Source: an uncultured Candidatus Saccharibacteria bacterium
Lineage (GTDB): Bacteria; Patescibacteriota; SICC01
DNA length: 64,000 bases
Assembly: GCA_964525455.1 (NCBI GenBank)
Contig: CAZGHP010000002.1
Location: 1,362 to 65,361 of the forward strand
Direction of reading: 5' to 3'
This document shows, in pieces, positions 58,635 through 64,000 of the stretch. The position numbers were made by a program, and so were the translations under genes. Position 1 is the stretch's first letter, and the number at the start of each line of letters is the position of its first letter. A model generated the notes under the pieces. That model made no database searches and was not told the DNA's origin. It was given only the letters and a program-made list of their open reading frames with translations.

Positions 58635-59183
58635 ATGGGCATCTCTCGTTGGAAGTACGCACCGCTGCTGCTGATCGCGGCTTTCATGGCCTTCGTAGTC
58701 GGTTGCGGCGGTGACACCGAGACCGTGACCGTCACCGAGACCGACGTCGTGCAGGCGCCGGTAAACCCGGGGCCGAAGAAGCAGAAGAGCCCGCAGCCGA
58801 CGCCGAAGCAGGCGCACGAGCTACGCGCTGACTGTACGGTCACGGTCGTGGCGAGCAACAAGAAGCCGCGGGGAATGCAGAAGGCGTTCTTCTGCGAGAA
58901 GTCGACCCCGCAGGCACGGAAAGTGCTGCCGGTTTCGCCGTTCGCGGCAAAGGACGAGTGCCGGCTCGATGTCGAGGCCAACTCGCTCTACCGAGGCGAC
59001 TACTACGACCCGGTCATACTCAGCGAGACCTGGCCGCGGTTTTCGACGCAGTGCAAGAGGATCCGCTTCGTGGTGTACGCCCTCGCCGATGAGAACACCC
59101 TGCCGTATCGGCGCGAGGCGCCGCTCACCAAGGGTGCGCTCGAGCCGGGGCAAAAGGGTTACTACAACATCTTCGAGGAGTAA
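58635..59183 (+). CDS. Putative lipoprotein
   Basis: SD GGAAGGAG; lipobox VVGC. Confidence 0.7.
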   Translation: MGISRWKYAPLLLIAAFMAFVVGCGGDTETVTVTETDVVQAPVNPGPKKQKSPQPTPKQAHELRADCTVTVVASNKKPRGMQKAFFCEKSTPQARKVLPVSPFAAKDECRLDVEANSLYRGDYYDPVILSETWPRFSTQCKRIRFVVYALADENTLPYRREAPLTKGALEPGQKGYYNIFEE

Positions 59184-59304
59184 CCCCGCCGCCACGAACC
59201 CATGTCACACCGTCCCCGCCCGGAACCACTCCATTTCAGGAGCCGGGCGGGGACAGCAGTTTTATCCGGAGAACCACCCGCCAGTAATATCGCGGGGCTT
59301 TTTG

Positions 59305-61065
59305 TCAGGCCGCTTGCTCCGTGGTCCCATATTCGACCGGCTGTTCAAGGGTGACCAGATTATCGGCCTTCAGTCGCTTGCGTATCTGTTCGATGCCTTC
59401 GTTTGCCCATCGTCTCGCGGTGCTGTGGCTGATACCCAACTGCTTGCCGATGTCACGCCACGAACGGGGCTTTTCTGAGAAATAATACGCCTGGATCGCT
59501 TCCCGTTGTGCGGAGGTAACCATTCCAAGAAGCTCTGCGCGCCGAGTGGGCAAGAGCGTCTTGATGCCGAGCTTCCTGTAAAACCGCTCCTCCGGAGACA
59601 GTTCCCGGTACTCGACGACGCGGTAGTCCCCCGTATCGAACTCTCGAACCATCAAGGCCAGTTCGACCCTGGTCCGTGCACCGGTCTCCCGACACATGGC
59701 GGCCACTATGGAATCCACCTGCCTGTCCGTCAGCCCGGTCTCCCGACGCCTTTCGTCGGACGTCATATGCAGGCTCCAAGCTACCTCAGCCTTCTTTTCG
59801 CTCAGGACTTCGTTAAGCGGGCGCCGGGGATCCGGGACGTCGAATGTCATCCCGGCCTCGCTCAGCCGGACCGCCAAAGCCGTCTCGTTAGGCGCTTCCG
59901 CCCTCTCCACCGCCCGGTGGATCACGGAAGCGACGTTATTATTCGATCGGCCGGTCTGCTCCGCGATGACATCCCGCGGTAAGTGGATGTGTTCCAGCAC
60001 CAGACGTTGCACCGGCGTAAAGTCCCTGAGTGGAACCGGGGTCCGATCGACCAATTCTTCCGGGCGCGGCTCGAAGTCATCACCCGCCATCAGTGCCAGT
60101 TCCGTCCGTGTCCTGGCCTTGGTCTTTTCAAAAAGTGCCATGACCGAAAGGCGGACTTGCCCCAGGGTCACCTTAAGGTCCTTTGCGATTTCCGAATCGG
60201 TACGACACAGCCGGGTCCCCACCTGTCGCTCACGGGTGGTGAACCGTTGGACCGGGGGACGTTCCTTCAGATCGAACGACATTCCCTGTGCCGCCGCCCA
60301 TAAGGCAAGCTCCCTTCGATTATCGAAGCCGAGATTCCTGCTGGCCCGGCGATATACTGCGCCGATGGCTCCCACGGACCTTCCCTCCCGCGCCGAGGTG
60401 ACCCCGTCAGGCAGGTGGATATTCGGCAGCATCTCCCGTTGTAGCGCGGAGAGACCATCCAGCCCCTGTGTTCGCCTTTCGGCCCTCTGCCGCTCGGCCT
60501 TCCGCCTGGCGAGTCCTTCGCGATGGCGTGAACGGGATCGGAGTTCCGGGAGCGTCTCACTAACGCCGCGAAGCAAGGACTCCATCGGTCTGCCTGGGTC
60601 GTCTGCTTCGGCGGACTCCTCTCCGCCGGTCACCTCCCCTAAGGACCGGCGCACCGCGGTGACCGCATGATCGTTGAAATCGATATGCCGGTCGGACTCG
60701 AATTCCCGCGCGGACTGGACCAGCGCCTGGCTGGCCCGGAGCAGGAGTTCCTCGCTCGGGATATCGCTGCGCTTGAAGGGGAAGGCCACCGCGGCCAGGA
60801 ATCCCCGGTGAATCTTGACGAGGTCTTGTGTGCAAACCACGTCACCACGGCGGATGCCGGCTATCAGGTCTCGCTGCTCGACACCCGTGGGCAGCCGGTC
60901 CGCCTCCACGTCCTCTATGTCTGCTATGAATTCCGCCAGCAACGCGTCGATCGGATCGGAAGGATCCAAGGCGGGATATTCCGAAAGCAGTTCCCGCTCC
61001 GGGCTTACGCCCCTCCTCAAAGAGGAGGGTATCGGGTCAGCCGTTTCTTGCAATGATTCGTTCAT
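59305..61065 (-). CDS. Sigma70-like protein: region 2-like, four LuxR-type HTH repeats, region 4
   Basis: LVKIHRGFLAAVAFPF..EELLLRASQALVQSAREF; 4x (L/F)(S/T)..(E/Q).....R.ELAL; QREAIQAYY..SWRDIGKQLGISHSTARRW. Confidence 0.72.
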   Translation of the reverse strand: MNESLQETADPIPSSLRRGVSPERELLSEYPALDPSDPIDALLAEFIADIEDVEADRLPTGVEQRDLIAGIRRGDVVCTQDLVKIHRGFLAAVAFPFKRSDIPSEELLLRASQALVQSAREFESDRHIDFNDHAVTAVRRSLGEVTGGEESAEADDPGRPMESLLRGVSETLPELRSRSRHREGLARRKAERQRAERRTQGLDGLSALQREMLPNIHLPDGVTSAREGRSVGAIGAVYRRASRNLGFDNRRELALWAAAQGMSFDLKERPPVQRFTTRERQVGTRLCRTDSEIAKDLKVTLGQVRLSVMALFEKTKARTRTELALMAGDDFEPRPEELVDRTPVPLRDFTPVQRLVLEHIHLPRDVIAEQTGRSNNNVASVIHRAVERAEAPNETALAVRLSEAGMTFDVPDPRRPLNEVLSEKKAEVAWSLHMTSDERRRETGLTDRQVDSIVAAMCRETGARTRVELALMVREFDTGDYRVVEYRELSPEERFYRKLGIKTLLPTRRAELLGMVTSAQREAIQAYYFSEKPRSWRDIGKQLGISHSTARRWANEGIEQIRKRLKADNLVTLEQPVEYGTTEQAA

Positions 61066-61143
61066 AAGCAAACGTAGCTCCGAATGATACACCAAAACGC
61101 CCGGACTCCCGAGCGCATGACGCGACAACCGGTGCCGGCCCGG

Positions 61144-62610
61144 CTAGGTCCGCGCGGCCATGTTCGGCTCGATCCGCTCGCCTTTTTCCTGGCGAATCAG
61201 GATGAGCGCGGCCAGGGCGGCGAAGACCGCGAGCCCGGCGCCGACGAAGAAAGCGGCGTGGAACCCGTCCACCAGCGCGGCGGCCTGGTCGGCCGGCGTC
61301 AGCGGAGCCTTCAGGGTCGTGAAGTATTCGCGGGTAGCGGAAGCGGAAACCGCCGAAAGGATCGCCAAGCCCAGCGCGCCGCCGATCTGCTGGGTGGTGT
61401 TGAGCAGTCCCGAGGCGAGCCCCGAATCCTTGGCCGGCACTCCGTTCGTCGCGGCGATGGTCACGCTCACGAAGGAAAGCCCCATGCCGGCCGCGATAAC
61501 GACCAGCGGCGGTAGTACGTGCTCATAGTATCCTCCGTCCACCGGCAGGTAACCGAGCCAGCCCAGGCCGCCGGCCACGAACAGCGGACCCGCGACCATC
61601 AGCGGCTTGTACCCGATCTTCGAGATCAGGGCCGAGGCGATGCCTGCCACGATCCCGATGGTGATCGCCACCGGCAGGAAGGCCAGGCCGGTCTTCACCG
61701 GGCTGTAACCGAGGATGTTCTGCACGTAGAGCGTCAGGAAGAAGAACATCGCGAACATCGCGGCGACCACCGGGAACATCACGAGGTTGGCCTTGCCGAC
61801 GTTCTTGATCGCAAAGAACGGAAGCGGCAGGAGCGGATGCTTGGTGCGGGCTTCGTTGATTAGGAACGTCGCGAGGATCACGAGCGACCCGCCGAGCAGG
61901 AGCAGCGTCCGTTCGTCGCCCCAGCCGTACTGCGGCGCCTTGGTCAGCGCGTAGACGAGCAGCATCAGACCGCCGGTCACGGTGACGGCGCCGAACACGT
62001 CGAAGTTGTTATGGCCGAGGTCGCCCTTGCTCTCCGGAACGATCCGCCAGGCGGCGATCGCTACCATGATACCGATCGGCACGTTCACGAAAAAATTCCA
62101 GCGCCAGCTGAGGTACTCGGTAAGTACCCCGCCGATCAGGAGGCCGGCGGCCGCGCCGCCCGAGGCGATCGCGCCCCAGATACTGAGTGCTTTGTTGCGC
62201 TCTTTCCCTTCGCGGAATGTCGCGAGCACGATCGAGAGCGCCGCCGGCGCCATGAACGCCCCCGCTAATCCTTGCACTCCGCGTGCGATGATCACGAGCG
62301 ATTCACCCTGCGAGATCCCGACCAGCAGCGAGGCCAGCGAAAACGCTACCACGCCGATGATGAATATGAGCTTCCGCCCGAGCAGGTCGGCGGCTCGGCC
62401 GCCGAGCATCAGGAACCCGCCGAACGCCAGCGTATAGGCGGTGATGATCCACTGCAGGTTCTCCGGAGAAATCTGAAGCGCCCGCTGCATTGAGGGCAGC
62501 GCGACGTTCGTAATCGTGGCATCGAGAATCACCACGAACTGCGCCAGTCCGAGCAGGGACATGATCAACCACTTGTTACGTGGCTTCCGGCTGGGACGTT
62601 TGGCAGTCAC
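61144..62610 (-). CDS. DHA2-family MFS transporter (14 TM)
   Basis: LDATITNVALP, GGRAADLLGRK, WNFFVNVPIG. Confidence 0.93.
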   Translation of the reverse strand: MTAKRPSRKPRNKWLIMSLLGLAQFVVILDATITNVALPSMQRALQISPENLQWIITAYTLAFGGFLMLGGRAADLLGRKLIFIIGVVAFSLASLLVGISQGESLVIIARGVQGLAGAFMAPAALSIVLATFREGKERNKALSIWGAIASGGAAAGLLIGGVLTEYLSWRWNFFVNVPIGIMVAIAAWRIVPESKGDLGHNNFDVFGAVTVTGGLMLLVYALTKAPQYGWGDERTLLLLGGSLVILATFLINEARTKHPLLPLPFFAIKNVGKANLVMFPVVAAMFAMFFFLTLYVQNILGYSPVKTGLAFLPVAITIGIVAGIASALISKIGYKPLMVAGPLFVAGGLGWLGYLPVDGGYYEHVLPPLVVIAAGMGLSFVSVTIAATNGVPAKDSGLASGLLNTTQQIGGALGLAILSAVSASATREYFTTLKAPLTPADQAAALVDGFHAAFFVGAGLAVFAALAALILIRQEKGERIEPNMAART

Positions 62611-62659
62611 CCGTCCACAATACCCCGGGCGCCGGGAAAGGTCACTCGGAGCCGGACCG

Positions 62660-63985
62660 TCACGTTTCCCTGTCGCGAATCTTCTCCTGATGGACCGGGA
62701 TAAGGTCCCGGTTCAGGATTTCCACGAGTTCCGCCGCCCAATCGGCGGCTTCCGCACCTTCGTGTTCCTCGGAGCTTAGGTCACTGAAGAAGAACTTTGT
62801 CGCTGCCCCGTCTTCATCATGTTCCCATCCATACTGCTGGATCTCCGTCTTCCTGATTCCTCCCGGGCGCCGCCGATAGGTATCGCCCCCCAGGTCATGA
62901 ACCCAGGGAAGGATCCGCACCCGACCGGGATCCCCGCGCAGCTCCAGCATCGTCGAGCTGCTCTCATCGAAGTAAAAGGCAAAGTCTTCGCCGACCGCCG
63001 TCCCCACCTCCCGGGCATGCTGTATCAGGTCCTGCTGCCGCTCGTCGATTTCCACGAGATTCCGCTGGAAGAACTCTTCCCGCTCACGTTCCGCGCGGGC
63101 CCTGAGCATCCTGATCGCCTCGCGGCGGGGTTTCACGTCCCTCCCCAGTCTCTCCGCGGCGGCGGCATCGACCTCCGAGATCTTCAGCAGTTCCTGAAGA
63201 CTGAGCCCCAGCTCCTCCTCCCGGCCGCGGTAGCGGTCCGCGATCCTGATGATCGCGGCGGTGTGCCTCTCGATGAACTTCGAGAGCATCGGCTTCCCGC
63301 CCGCGGTGACCACTGCCTGATGCAGCGCGATCTCGGCCGTATCGAGCTCCACGAGTGATGCCTCGGCGTCGCGTCCGCGACGCATCCGGCGGCGGCCGGT
63401 CTTCGCGACCTCAAGCGCACGCGCCGTCCAGTGCTTGAGTTCGGGATACCGATCCAGTCCGACGGCCTTCGACGTCTCGATCATATCGGCGGTCAGCCAG
63501 ACGTGGGCAATGGCGGCTTCGCGGTGCTCCGAGGAGAGTCTGCCGGATTCAGGGAAGATGATCTTTTCGTATTGGTCGACCGCCCTGCCAGCCGCGTTGA
63601 TTCCTGCTCGGGGTTTGCTGCTTCCGGGAACACCCCACTGATGCATCCGGAGTTCGGTGAGCGCGGTGGCACCGGTAAGGTGTGCCCATTCCAGCCGGAG
63701 ACGCGGTTCCGTTTCCCCGCCAGGCCGGGTGATGATACGGTCCACACGACTCCAGGCACCTTGGAGCGCATCGTGTACGCCAAGCAGTCGTACCCAGTTC
63801 GGTACGCGGGATTCGATGTCCGCAGGAACGTCCGGAGGAAGTCCGTCGACTACGTCCCGAGCGTCAGCGACCCGTCGCCGCATGGATTCCTTGAACAAGA
63901 CGTCGGAGGCCTCCCGGTACGTCTCATCGCGCGGTAATCCTTCGGTCCGTCCGTCCGGCATGCCGGGGTCTCCCGTAGGTGTCAT
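62660..63985 (-). CDS. Orphan helical hypothetical protein
   Basis: SD GAGGA; long ORF, no recognisable motif. Confidence 0.65.
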   Translation of the reverse strand: MTPTGDPGMPDGRTEGLPRDETYREASDVLFKESMRRRVADARDVVDGLPPDVPADIESRVPNWVRLLGVHDALQGAWSRVDRIITRPGGETEPRLRLEWAHLTGATALTELRMHQWGVPGSSKPRAGINAAGRAVDQYEKIIFPESGRLSSEHREAAIAHVWLTADMIETSKAVGLDRYPELKHWTARALEVAKTGRRRMRRGRDAEASLVELDTAEIALHQAVVTAGGKPMLSKFIERHTAAIIRIADRYRGREEELGLSLQELLKISEVDAAAAERLGRDVKPRREAIRMLRARAEREREEFFQRNLVEIDERQQDLIQHAREVGTAVGEDFAFYFDESSSTMLELRGDPGRVRILPWVHDLGGDTYRRRPGGIRKTEIQQYGWEHDEDGAATKFFFSDLSSEEHEGAEAADWAAELVEILNRDLIPVHQEKIRDRET

Positions 63986-64000
63986 GTGTCCTCGTGTTTC

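Overview
GC-rich bacterial chromosome segment. It is most consistent with a Patescibacteria (CPR) genome (inference from the compact housekeeping set, CPR-type hypothetical families, sortase-anchored surface proteins and many apparently leaderless genes). Core content: prfB with its +1 frameshift; secE-nusG-rplK-rplA...rplJ-rplL, with a dcd-CYTH-thyA-folA block inserted inside the ribosomal operon; murB, rpmG, five tRNAs, holB, gmk, an RluA-family synthase, lspA, lgt, rmuC, a UvrD-nuclease, a PMT glycosyltransferase, argS, smpB, a PurN-like gene, lysA and tmRNA, followed by an accessory region. Main candidates for novelty: (1) three orphan proteins built as tandem arrays of DNA-binding domains from global regulators (4x DnaA domain IV; 2x actinobacterial mIHF; sigma70 region 2 + 4x LuxR-HTH + region 4), possibly host-directed mimics; (2) a ~600-nt highly structured, promoter-associated non-coding region between lgt and rmuC; (3) a promoter-driven leader RNA with discontinuous complementarity to the 5' region of a neighbouring LPxTG surface-protein gene; (4) an orphan DGR-target-like gene with a CCAAG repeat array and a perfect hairpin, flanked by a duplicated murB 5' end; (5) folA lacking a canonical start codon, in a coupled operon downstream of an L1-type autoregulatory site; (6) several apparent pseudoenzymes. 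All family assignments are by eye; no database searches were run.
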